Shown here: positions 1 to 44,690 of the stretch, piece by piece
How positions within the stretch are numbered: position 1 is the stretch's first letter
Layout: each line of letters opens with the position of its first letter
Assembly (NCBI GenBank): GCA_002269645.1
Contig: NIVC01000052.1
Location: 124,001-188,000 of the forward strand
Direction of reading: 5' to 3'
DNA: 64,000 nt
DNA from: Macrostomum lignano
Lineage: Eukaryota
Program-made: the position numbers and the translations under genes
Notes under the pieces: model-generated
What the model saw: only the letters and a program-made list of their open reading frames with translations
Databases searched by the model: none
What the model was told of the DNA's origin: nothing

Positions 1-210
1 TCAAGTCGAAAATTCTGCTTGACCTTTGCAAAAAAACAAGTTTTTCGAATACGAGTATTTAATTCCCTTAGCATTGAGCAATCAATGTGATTGATTCATG
101 GATTGATTCCGAAAAAAATCCCATCCAATAGTTAAAATTTGAAGAAAATTAGTCCAACCTCTATGTAGATAATCGATGGCATTTAAGCACGAAAGTAGAG
201 TATAATAGAA

Positions 211-2008
211 GATTCCGAATAGATTCCGAATAGATACAGAATAGATACAGAATAGATACAGAATAGATACAGAATAGATACAGAATAGATACATGTACAG
301 AATAGATACAAAATAGATACATGTACAGAATAGATACAGAATAGATACAGAATAGATACAGAATAGATATAGAATAGATACAGAATAGATACAGAATAGA
401 TACAGAATAGATATAGAATAGATACAGAATAGATACAGAATAGATACAGAATAGATACAGAATAGATATAGAATAGATACAGAATAGATACAGAATAGAT
501 ACAGAATAGATACAGAATAGATACAGAATAGATACAGAATAGATACGGACTAGATACACAATAGATACATGTACAGAATAGATACAGAATAGATACAGAA
601 TAGATACGGACTAGATACAGAATAGATACATGTACAGAATAGATACAGAATAGATACAGAATAGATACAGAATAGATATAGAATAGATACACAATAGATA
701 CAGAATAGATACAGAATAGATACAGAATAGATATAGAATAGATACAGAATAGATACAGAATAGATACATGTACAGAATAGATACAGAATAGATACGGACT
801 AGATACAGAATAGATACAGAATAGATACAGAATAGATACAGAATAGATACAGAATAGATACAGAATAGATACAGAATAGATACATAATAGATACAGAATA
901 GATACAGAATAGATACAGAATAGATACAGAATAGATACAGAATAGATACAGAATAGATACATGTACAGAATAGATACAGAATAGATACGGACTAGATACA
1001 GAATAGATACATGTACAGAATAGATACAGAATAGATACGGACTAGATACAGAATAGATACATGTACAGAATAGATACAGAATAGATACATGTACAGAATA
1101 GATACAGAATAGATACGGACTAGATACAGAATAGATACATGTACAGAATAGATACAGAATAGATACAGAATAGATACAGAATAGATACAGAATAGATACA
1201 GAATAGATACATGTACAGAATAGATACAGAATAGATACGGACTAGATACAGAATAGATACATGTACAGAATAGATACAGAATAGATACGGACTAGATACA
1301 GAATAGATACATGTACAGAATAGATACAGAATAGATACGGACTAGATACAGAATAGATACATGTACAGAATAGATACAGAATAGATACAGAATAGATATA
1401 GAATAGATACAGAATAGATACAGAATAGATACAGAATAGATACAGAATAGATATAGAATAGATACAGAATAGACACAGAATAGATACAGAATAGACACAA
1501 TAGATACAGAATAGATACAGAATAGATACATGTACAGAATAGATACAGAATAGATACAGAATAGATACAGAATAGATACAGAATAGATACAGAATAGACA
1601 CAATAGATACAGAATAGATACAGAATAGATACAGAATAGATATAGAATAGATACAGAATAGATACATAATAGATACAGAATAGATACAGAATAGATACAG
1701 AATAGATACAGAATAGATACGGACTAGATACAGAATAGATACATGTACAGAATAGATACAGAATAGATACGGACTAGATACAGAATAGATACATGTACAG
1801 AATAGATACAGAATAGATACGGACTAGATACAGAATAGATACATGTACAGAATAGATACAGAATAGATACAGAATAGATATAGAATAGATACAGAATAGA
1901 TACAGAATAGATACAGAATAGATACAGAATAGATACAGAATAGATACAGAATAGATATAGAATAGATACAGAATAGATACAGAATAGATATAGAATAGAT
2001 ACAGAATA
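211..2008. repeat. 11-bp minisatellite (AGAATAGATAC)n with a local 50-bp higher-order unit
   Basis: Period of 11 read directly; ATGTAC and GGACT variants recur every 50 bp around 960-1350. Confidence 0.97.
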
Positions 2009-2486
2009 GAAGAGTAATAGAAGCGTAAAGAAGAGAAGAAATCTGAATGTTTTGTACCTTTTAGTTAAATGGAAAGCAAAATGCCAATACCCTACTTGAA
2101 GTAGAAACAACAATAAAATTACATCGAAAAATTCGTTTATGTGAGCAGCTCAAGCTGTTCTTTTCAACGCTCTCGACCGTTTTTTTAGTATTTTGAGCAT
2201 AGCCAGCTTTTGCCCCAAGGTGCACAATGGAGTAGTGAGTTCATCTTGATGCAGGCGGGCTGGGGCAAACTACAATACTGTACATTGTGGCAGTTTTTTC
2301 AACCTACTTGTACAACTTCAGACACTTTGCGAGTGCTTTCAGCTTGTTGCACACAGAGAGAGTCCACTCAAAATTCCGTTTAAATACAACGATAGCTAAC
2401 CCTTATACGTAAATTCGACTGGAACTTTTTTGCTAAAATCATCTGTTCCTTGTTCTAATTGGAATTCGCTTGCTGTAAATGAGAAC

Positions 2487-4566
2487 ATGTCTCAAGTCGG
2501 TGGACGCAACCAGGAACGGATATCGGTACGTTGTAGAATCGTAAATGAGTCGTGAGAAAGTCGGCCAAAGGTCTAGCGTTAGCGCTTAACTTTCTACTAA
2601 CTCAGAGTGAATTGCGATTCTAATTCATGATTCATGATAAGTGACGCAGATGCGCTTTAGACGCAGCTCAGTTATTTACCTCGTAGTGACTTCAGCACGC
2701 CTCAGATCCAGCTCTACAGTCTCAGAGTCACTTGCGTCACGTCACGTAAGAGTCGTTTCAGAGTCAAAAACAATAAAACACCCGACTCTTTGACGAATTT
2801 TTGGCGACTTGTACCGTGACATCTCATCGTTTTAGAGTCGTCTAGAGTCAAACTATTTCCTACTTCCTACTCTGGGACACGTCTTGGCCTGGGTACCGTT
2901 TTCATCGGGTCAGCAGTCAGTTTGTCAGTCAAATTTCGGACTCGGTCTCAAAACCTGTAGACTCAGTTATCCTTAATGACGCTCTTTGGTACTGTGCAGT
3001 AGGACTGTGTGAGACGATTGACAGAAAATTGATGGGCGAGTCACTGTTTAGACCCAACTTTAAATCAACTTTTAGGCCCGAGAACGCAGAAGTCTGAACG
3101 TTCTTCTCGTGGGGAAAACCGGCAGCGGCAAGAGCAGTCTCGGCAATGCGCTGCTGCGAGCTGGAGGGCGCCAGGAGGGCGCCGCCGCCGCTAACTTCGA
3201 CGCATTCGGCGTCAACCACTCGTTCTGCAGTTCCAGCGTCGACTGCGAGGTTGCCGAGGCGTCCGTGGAAGGAAGACAGCTGACCGTGGTAGACACACCG
3301 GGTACAATGGATTCCAACAACCGCGAGAGAGCGCTTCATGAGGTGGCCAATGCCATAGTTCATTGTCGCGAGGGGTTTCACGTAATTCTAATAATAATCC
3401 GTGTTGACTGTCGCTTCACTGATGAAGACAGAGCCGCTGTGGAACTTGTGACGCGCATGTTCGGTGAAGACTTCTACAAGCACTGCATAGTGGTGTTCAG
3501 CCACGGCGATGACATCGGCAATAGCGAAGAAGCGTTCGCCAGGCTCATCCACGAGGCCCGGAACGCAACCAAATTCCTAAACAGTCTTCTGAACCAATGC
3601 GGAAATCGCTTTGTCCTTGTAGACAATCATGGAAGCGTAGAGCACCTTCTTAGCAGGATGGACAGTCTGGTCCAGCAGAACAGAGGCGCGACCTTCACCA
3701 ACCGGTACTTTGCTGAGGCTAAGGAGGCGCTGCGTCAGCTGCGGCCTGCTCTGCAATCCGAAGAGCAGCAGCGTCGCGAAGAATTCAACAGGCTTGTGGA
3801 GAATGCGGGAAAGGACGAGCTGGTTCGACTGAGGAATGAACTGGAGCGGGACCTACAGCGGATTGGGGAGGCCGCGATGAAGAGAGCTGCAACTGATGTT
3901 GCTAATAGCGCCATTTTGAACGGTGACACCTGCTTCCCAAGCGACGCCACGGTCGTAACGCCCGATGGTCCAGTGCAGCTGCGCGACCTCCGGCTGGGCC
4001 AGCTGGTGCTTGGCAGGAAGGGCAGCTCAGGTAACCGCCTGGCATTTTCACCGGTCTACGCCTGGGGCCACCGGAACCCGGAGGTGGCGGACGCAACCTG
4101 GCTGTCGATTCGAACAGAATCTGGCGCGTGCCTCGCGCTGAGCCCCGGGCACCTGCTGCTTCTGGCCGAGACGGCAGAGAGTGCGGCTTGTGCACCGCGC
4201 GCTGCTCCCGCCAGCCAGCTGCGTGCCGGACAATCCTCTCTGTGGACGATGGGACCAGGTGGACTCCGAAGAGACCTCGTTGTGTGTGTTCAACAAGCCA
4301 GCAGCAGAAGCCACCGCGGCATCTACGCACCGTTCACCCTGAGCGGCAGTCTACTGGTTGACGGCGTGCTGGCATCCTGCTACGTCGACTGCGGCCCGCT
4401 GACCGCGCCGCAGATGCACGCCCTCCTGGCTCCGGTGCGAGCAGCCTGGCGCGTCTGGCCAGCCGGCATGGCAGCCGTTGGCTGCCCTCAGCCCGGCAGT
4501 GGCGGCGGCATGCCCTGCTGGGTCCGACTGGCAGCAAAGCTCACCCGAGCTCTGTCTGAGGCATGA
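2487..4566 (+). CDS. AIG1/GIMAP-family GTPase fused to a Hedgehog-type Hint (Hog) autoprocessing domain; 2 exons (2487-2525, 3076-4566), about 509 aa
   Basis: Exon 2 follows a ttttag acceptor (3075) and reads ARERRSLNVLLVGKTGSGKS (G1), DTPG (G3), FHVILIIIRVDCRFTDED (AIG1 conserved box with the RFT arginine), SHGD (G4), then a coiled-coil-like stretch. It continues NGDT-CFPSDATVVTPDG (Hint block A, Cys codon 3931), LALSPGHL (block B), GIYAPFTLSGSLLVDGVLASCY (Hedgehog-like Hint C-terminus) and an SRR-like tail. Putative exon 1 is MSQVGGRNQERIS with a phase-0 GTACGT donor at 2526 (less certain). AATAAA at 4747-4752. Confidence 0.9.
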
Positions 4567-4957
4567 AGGCCATTCAACGTTATTCTGTTTCCCGCCAGAC
4601 TCTTGCTGAAAGAGGCGTTCTAGCTCTTGCAGCTTGTTAAAAGCAACTCTCTGATCTATGCATGCGGTATGTCATATCCTTAGATTGCATCACCCAAATT
4701 GGGACAAGTACGCTCGTACTCTACTTTCAGTAGCCACATTTTTCTAAATAAATGACTAAAATTCTGAGAATTGGACAAGCAATTACATGCGGCAATGTGG
4801 CTTCTTTTCACGTCACTGAATACTCGAAATGTTTGCGACAAGGACTACTAGAAGTACTTAGGTTCACTATTTTAACTTCAATTTCGTGTCTTAAAGCTAG
4901 ATAGTCAGTCTGCTGCCTTTTGGACCATTTCTCACCTTTCGAACATCCAAATACCAC

Positions 4958-5432
4958 TTTGAGCTGCCACCTCAGACCAAATACCACTTTGAGATGCCAC
5001 CTCAGACAAAATCCCAACCTTGAGATGCCACCTCAGACCAAATACCACTTTGAGATGCCACCTCAGACAAAATACCACCTTGAGATGCCACCTCAGACAA
5101 AATCCCACTTTGAGATGCCACCTCAGACAAAATACCAACTTGAGATGCCACCTCAGACCAAATCCCACTTTGAGATGCCACCTCAGACAAAATACCAACT
5201 TGAGATGCCACCTCAGACCAAATCCCACTTTGAGATGCCACCTCAGACAAAATACCAACTTGAGATGCCACCTCAGACCAAATCCCACTTTGAGATGCCA
5301 CCTCAGACAAAATACCAACTTGAGATGCCACCTCAGACCAAATACCACCTTGAGATGCCACCTCAGACCAAATGCCACTTGAGATACCACCCCAAACCTA
5401 GTACCACACTGAGATACCACCTCAGACCAAAC
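4958..5432. repeat. 30-bp minisatellite with an alternating 60-bp dimer
   Basis: CCACTTTGAGATGCCACCTCAGACAAAATA-type units; lines 5101-5340 repeat with period 60. Confidence 0.95.
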
Positions 5433-5849
5433 GCATACCAGCTTCAAAAATATTCGAAAATCATAAAGGCGAAAATATAGACAATTTAGAGGCTGAAAAC
5501 TTAAAAGTAATTATTTCGTTAAATGAAATAAACAATCGTTATGTTCAATCCCATGTGCAGTCAAAATGTAGCTGTTCGATTTTGGAAAAACAAAATTGAA
5601 ATACGCGTTTATGCTTGAGTCATTTTTTTTAAACTGCATAAGCACTGCTCGCAATCAGTTTGATTAATCCAATTTGGCGGCAATTTTTTATGAAGGAAAC
5701 ACAATTTTTATCATTTTAATTGTTATCGTTCTATTTTTGTTTTTGATTGAAATCTGCTGCAGTTGCCGCCGTCTGAGTAAAGCATTAGAAAGCAGGCTTC
5801 ATCTCTTTCCTCCGACTGGCTTCAACCGACTGACTGTGTGGAATTGCAG

Positions 5850-6619
5850 TCACATCTGTAGCAAGTGTAGCATTTCAGTGACATCTGTAGCAAGTGTAGC
5901 ATTGCAGTGACATCTGTAGCAAGTGTAGCATTGCAGTGACATCTGTAGCAAGTGTAGCATTGCAGTGACATCTGTAGCAAGTGTAGCATTGCAGTGACAT
6001 CTGTAGCATTGCAGTGACATCTGTAGCAAGTGTAGCATTGCAGTGACATCTGTAGCAAGTGTAGCATTGCAGTGACATCTGTAGCATTGCAGTGACATCT
6101 GTAGCAAGTGTAGCATTGCAGTGACATCTGTAGCAAGTGTAGCATTGCAGTGACATCTGTAGCAAGTGTAGCATTGCAGTGACATCTGTAGCATTGCAGT
6201 GACATCTGTAGCATTGCAGTGACATCTGTAGCATTGCAGTGACATCTGTAGCATTGCAGTGACATCTGTAGCATTGCAGTGACATCTGTAGCAAGTGTAG
6301 CATTGCAGTGACATCTGTAGCATTGCAGTGACATCTGTAGCATTGCAGTGACATCTGTAGCAAGTGTAGCATTGCAGTGACATCTGTAGCATTGCAGTGA
6401 CATCTGTAGCATTGCAGTGACATCTGTAGCATTGCAGTGACATCTGTAGCATTGCAGTGACATCTGTAGCATTGCAGTGACATCTGTAGCAAGTGTAGCA
6501 TTGCAGTGACATCTGTAGCATTGCAGTGACATCTGTAGCATTGCAGTGACATCTGTAGCATTGCAGTGACATCTGTAGCATTGCAGTGACATCTGTAGCA
6601 TTGCAGTGACATCTGTAGC
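5850..6619. repeat. 20/29-bp minisatellite (GCATTGCAGTGACATCTGTA, with or without GCAAGTGTA)
   Basis: Read directly. Confidence 0.95.
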
Positions 6620-6984
6620 TCTAAGAAACGTTGACCACTGGCTACGGGTCAAGGTAGCGGAGATCCAGGGAGCCTTCTTCCCGTCCCGCGCTCACAACAC
6701 ATTCGTAGTGTGGAATCACAGAGAAGACATCTGTCACGCGGATGGTCAGCAGGTCTAGTCTCAGCATTCTTATCGAAAAAGATACCCAAAATTACGTTGA
6801 GCTGTACGTAATTTATTGCACATTTGGCTAAAGCGAGTTTAACGACCTAAATAATAACTCTCTCTCTTCTACTAATAAGCTATGAACAGCATCAATGCTG
6901 AAAGCATCAGGCATGTCTAGATGCTGGTGGGGATACTTTTTCATCTAGTGAATAGTAATTTATCCGTCCATCATCCATTGGCCT

Positions 6985-8922
6985 TCAGTCCTTCAGCCAC
7001 CGAGTCCACTGGAGGGGATTCAGCACCTTCGAAGTGGTGGCAGCGGTGGGATCGCCTGTCAGAGCCTCTTCGCCACCAATCAGCTGGTCCAGGTCGTTAG
7101 AGCTGTGCATTACATAGACTGGGGAAATGTGAAACAGTTTGTAACGTACGATAAGAAGACAAGTTATCATTGTTATAGCAGCATCTCATGCAACAGCCAT
7201 CTGCTTACACTCTCTGCTATTTCCAATAACAGTTTCGAAAGCGCCCTTCACATCAGGTCCCTGCTGTTGCAGCTGTTGAACCGATTTAAGAAATCGTTTC
7301 CTAGCGTCCTCCTGTGCCAGTCCTTGATAGTTGACTGCGAGCACTTTGTAGAAATCTGCAGTCAGTTCGGGTGGCATTTCGTCGGTTAACAATGCATTTT
7401 ATATATAAATTTAAAAGTTATTGCGCAGCGCATCTGAAGGCTGCGTACAGCTGTTCAGTCCAAGGACTGGGGGGGGGGTCGCCACACACCCTCAATTACC
7501 CCAGCTAATGTTGGCACCCATTTTACAGCTGGGTGAACTGAAGCAATGCAGAGTTGAGTGTCTTGCTCAAGGACACAAATTGTTCCTAGTGGGTCGAGAT
7601 TCGAACCCCTGACCTTCAAGTCGTGAGTCCGACACTCTAACCACTAGGCTGCAACCCCCTCACTTGGCAACAACCCCTTCACTAGCTAAAACCCCCTCAC
7701 TAGGCTAAATATAAAAAATGATATAAACAAATCAGAACACACCTTGATCGTTCCACACGGACTTTATGTCACCTAGCAACGACTTGGCAACGCAGTTGTC
7801 TTGCTTTTCGAAAGCCGGCAACGCGAGCTTAAGAAATTTGTTGTTCCAATCTTGGTCGAGTGTCAGGGCGTCTCGAATAGCCTTTCTCGCCGTCAGGGAA
7901 TCTGAAACGATTTCATTCAGTGAAACTCGACGCAGGGATTTGCGTTTTGCTGCTTCGAAAAAAAATGAATTTTGAATCAAAGACCGATAAACAGAAATAT
8001 GAGAAATTCAAAAACGCATTAAAGAAAAGAGACAGTAAATGGACCCAAAATTAGTTGAAGGTGCTCAGCTTGCTATAGCAAAAATTTCCTAACAGAATCA
8101 ACCCCCTCCTGCAGTGGGTCATTGTGGAGACGCGGTTGCTTTGATCAAGCGGCCACAATGAAGCCCCATGCCGATTTTCGAGCTCAAACGTCAAATTTAT
8201 TTGACCGCGTACGAAATCGAACCCCAGGTACTTTGGAAAAACTGCTTCCAAAGTTTTCATATCAAGCTTTGCAACTTTCACAAGCATTGCGAAGTTTGTT
8301 TAGAATCGCTAAGATAGCTCGTATCAAGGCTCATGGAGGGTTATTGATGGAATTCTGTGACACAGGGGAAAGTACTGAGATGTCAAGGTTTATTTGAAAC
8401 TTGCTGGGATTGTCATGGCTCACGGGGGGGGTTGCTGAGATGCGAAGGGTCAATTGGGAGTTGTTGGTAGGTCAAGCATCAAAAGGGAGAGTTATTGGTA
8501 AAACATGGCTTAAAGGGAGGCTTTGATGTCAAGGATCATAGAGAATCTGATAGGCTTAGATAGCTGGCTTTCAGGGCTGATGCTTTTATGCTTTTAACAT
8601 CATTTTTCTTGAGAAACTAACAACAGATTGTACTTTTATTTTATTCAAAATATTTTATTCCTTTCTTTTTTGCCTCCCCGTTTGGGGGGCGCAGATGGCT
8701 AGTCGACTATACTAAAAATGAGAGCTCCTCACCGTACTCCCAGATGTGAAACACTTGGTTCAGAGAGCCCAGCTCGGCAGACCAGTAGCCAACGATGCGC
8801 GAGTGTCGGACGCGAACTCGGAACACCTCCTGGACCAGACTGCGCATCCTCGGCAGATCCTGAGCAGCGATCCGGTACGTGCGCAGCTCGTACAGCTTCC
8901 CGATGCTGCCTGTGAGCTTCAT
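6985..8922 (-). CDS. NIPSNAP: NIPSNAP-family protein, 4 exons (8733-8922, 7743-7901, 7209-7355, 6985-7118), about 209 aa; a further 5' exon is possible
   Basis: KLYELRTYRI...IVGYWSAELGSLNQVFHIWEY|DSLTARKAIRDAL..DQDWNNKFL matches the first NIPSNAP domain. FYKVLAV...GAFETVIGNSREFYVMH...KVLNPLQW matches the second. All three junctions are GT-AG, phase 1, and join to 630 nt without a frameshift. Confidence 0.85.
7420..7655 (-). mobile_element. tRNA-derived CORE-type SINE in NIPSNAP intron 2
   Basis: The minus strand reads GCAGCCTAGTGGTTAGAG (A box) ... GGTTCGAATC (B box, 7598-7607). It is followed by a segment whose plus strand, CCCATTTTACAGCTGGGTGAACTGAAGCAATGCAGAGTTGAGTGTCTTGCTCAAGGACACA, resembles the MIR/CORE consensus. 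The 3' boundary is approximate. Confidence 0.7.
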
Positions 8923-10135
8923 CGCTAAATGATTTTTCAGCAAAACAAACTGCTGTCAAGTAAAGCATTTCTCGCTTCTATTAGCCTAATAAACAGTAAT
9001 GCGCAGAAAGAGTGACTTGGCATGCAGGCCAACTGCTTGTTTGCCTGGCCAGCCACAGTGCTACAGCCCTTGGAGCGCTGCTAAGACAGATAAGACCGAA
9101 TAAATCGCCGGAAATCAGAACGAGCTGCATGCTATAGTGGATAGTAGTAGTTCAAGTGTGTGACAGCACTGCCAGGGCGATCTAGATTTAGAATCTGGGT
9201 TGGCGTTAGACAGGCAGTGGCTCTGGCCTACGAGCTCGAATTTTACATTTTCTGGATTTGTCCCAAGTCAAAGCTGCTGCAGACTTGGCGATCAACTGCA
9301 ATCAGACTCACAAATGACAAATTGACAATGGAAAACACGTCGAATTGAAGCTTTAAAACTATTCCCGTCCAGATGCTTATATCCAAGGTGTCCCCGGCCA
9401 GACCGGCCCTCGGAGCCTTCAAGCTGCCCGTGTTCAGAGATATGGTTTAGCGAGCGCTTATCAGGGCTGTTTGGTGTGCCATGGGCTTTTTCAACTATCA
9501 ACCGCTCAGTCGGGACACAAACAGTACGGTTAGTGACAGAAATTGCTCTGCAGATTCAACCCAAGCACTACCTTTAAATAAAAGCCTTTAAAAAATACAA
9601 CTAAAGCTAGCTGAGTCTGGCCTTAGATCAGCATTGCTCCCGCCAGTTGCATTGAAATATGATGGAGCAGGAAAATTAGGCAGCTGGAGAAAATATTGGA
9701 GTGACTATGAATGAGTGACGAAAAGCAGTCAGCCATCCATTTCAGTGCTTTCACCTGGGGAGGCTGAATTCGCTGACAAAAAGCAGGCAGGAGTGACGAC
9801 CAGAATGGATTGCGGGACCTGATCATGCCAGACTCGCGCCATTCTTCATCTCTTCTATCTCTCCCCTTGCGTTTCCCAAAAAGCTCCCCTCCAATCCAAT
9901 CCGCGCCCTGCACCGCTGCAGCAGCCTCCACCCCCCTACTTACTCAGTGGCGCGCATTTTAAACAGCTGAGGAGGCAGCTCCGCCTCCCGTCCCATCCGC
10001 CGCCTTCTCCCCATACACTCGGCTCTCGCCGCTCCGCTCTCCCATAGCTATCTCTAAATCCTAAACAGCAACAAACCAAGCCCGTCCTTTGTTTGGAGAA
10101 GCCAACGCAACGTTTTACTACGGCGGAAGTGTGTC

Positions 10136-32767
<22,632 letters not shown>

Positions 32768-32869
32768 TGAAGCTGGAGAGAAGCTGCGCCGCATGAAGTC
32801 GGGCTTGAGTGGAACATTTTTAGTAGAAATTTTAGTACACTTAATAAATTTATGAATGAACATTATCAC

Positions 32870-33390
32870 GAACCACCCAATCTAGATAATAAACTACCCT
32901 GTCTAGATCATAAACTATCCAATCTAGATCATAAACTATCCAATCTAGATAATAAACTACCCTATCTAGATCATAAACTACCCAATCTAGATCATAAACT
33001 ACCCAAACTAGATCATAAACTACCCAATCTAGATCATAAACTACCCAAACTAGATCATAAACTACCCAATCTAGATCATAAACTACCCAATCTAGATCAT
33101 AAACTACCCAATCTAGATCATAAACTACCCAATCTAGATCATAAACTACCCAAACTAGATCATAAACTACCCAAACTAGATCATAAACTACCCAATCTAG
33201 ATCATAAACTACCCTATCTAGATCATAAACTACCCAAACTAGATCATAAACTACCCAATCTAGATCATAAACTACCCAATCTAGATCATAAACTACCCTA
33301 TCTAGATCATAAACTACCCAATCTAGATCATAAACTACCCAATCTAGATCATAAACTACCCAATCTAGATAATAAACTACCCTGTCTAGA
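32870..33390. repeat. 21-bp repeat (TCTAGATCATAAACTACCCAA)n between the PLC and RapGEF 3' ends
   Basis: Read directly. Confidence 0.95.
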
Positions 33391-33989
33391 CTACACAATA
33401 AAAAATATAGATGATTGAATGCCCTATTTTGTCAATAAACTCCCCAATACGATAGCAATTGCCACGACTATATGATAAACTTCTGATGATAGAGGATAAC
33501 ACAATAATTTAGATGATATGCTCACCAACTCTGTTTTACTTTCGCCAGAAATCTATTTAATTCCCATACCTGCGACCTAATAAATGTACTTTTGTGTTAT
33601 TGCGAATAGCAGCGAAATATTTTGTCTCTGACAGACAGTTTTAGTGCAATATCGCCTGTCTAAGCTTATTGTATAAACGCTACTTCCAGTAGCGAGGACG
33701 GACATTCCGATTATTCAGTGATATCAAGGAAAAAAACAGTTTAAACGCGTTCTTTGCTCTCTAATTAAAGCAATCTAAATCAGCCTAAGCGCATGGAGAA
33801 GCCTGTATTTATCTGATGATGAAGCAACATTTGTGACAAATAGAGAAAATGCACTTTTAGCTAGCGAAATTATACACATACGAAAGAGTATGCGATGCCA
33901 TATATAATTCTATTTGCTTCAGTATATGTCTTTACTGTTCATGCTTAGTCATTTTCATAAATATGGAATATTGATAACTATTTCAACCA

Positions 33990-44028
<10,039 letters not shown>

Positions 44029-44454
44029 GACGGCCCCGGTTAGAGGGGAGTGCAGAGAGGGGCAGACAGACAGGCAACTCCTGCGGTGGGGAGCGAGAGG
44101 AATAGAGCGTAGGTTTTATAGTTTACTGCTAATGCTCGATCCCATAGGCGACCAGGATAGAATAGTAACACATGACAGAAATCTGTTTGTCAGTTATGCC
44201 GCAAACTGCTGGGAGGCATTTGTATTTAAATTATTGCAGCACCGCATATAATCTGCAATAATGGTCCGCCTGTCCTATAGTATGAACTTTTATTTGACAG
44301 ATTAGCTGATCTTATTAATCCATCATACTGAACACTTGACTCCTGTACACACAATTGGACCATACCTATTCCTGTACATACTGTAAACACAATTATTGGT
44401 TTGTAGATGCTCGACTTTTCAGGTGTTAAAAAAAACTTAACAGCTCAGGCTTTT

Positions 44455-44690
44455 AAATCTACTGCTCAGGCCTCTAAATCTACTGCTCAGGCCTCTAAAT
44501 CTACTGCTCAGGCCTCTAAATCTACTGCTCAGGCCCCTAAATCTACTGCTCAGGCCTCTAAATCTACCGCTCAGGCCTCTCTAAATCTATTGCTCAGGCC
44601 TCTCTAAATCTACTGCTAAGGCCTCTCTAAATCTACTGCTAAGGCCTCTCTAAATCTACTGCTCAGGTCTCTCTAAATCTACTGCTCAGG
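44455..44690. repeat. 21-23-bp repeat (AAATCTACTGCTCAGGCCTCT)n
   Basis: Read directly. Confidence 0.9.

Noticed and set aside
3931-4566. Self-splicing intein interpretation of the Hint domain
   Set aside because: There is no C-terminal His-Asn followed by Cys/Ser/Thr, no C-extein and no endonuclease. The C-terminus is Hedgehog-like (VLASCY plus an SRR-like tail).
3076-4566. Canonical hedgehog gene
   Set aside because: There is no signal peptide or Hedge domain; the N-terminal part is clearly an AIG1-type P-loop GTPase.
5777-6767. Possible small minus-strand gene (MLRLDLLTIRVTDVFSVIPHYECVV..., 6642-6767, perhaps spliced to about 5777-5830) flanking the 20/29-bp array
   Set aside because: Only about 41-57 aa with no recognisable motif and a weak donor (GTAGCC). 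The plus strand is equally open there, so it is not supportable without RNA data.
7555-7655. Functional tRNA gene
   Set aside because: A and B boxes are present, but I could not fold a convincing cloverleaf and the sequence continues into a CORE-like body, so it is called a SINE.
32852-33418. 188-aa (LPNLDHK)n ORF with an ATG
   Set aside because: It lies right after the PLC poly(A) signal, unit variants are non-synonymous (N/K/Y/C), the opposite strand is also open, and there is no signal peptide.
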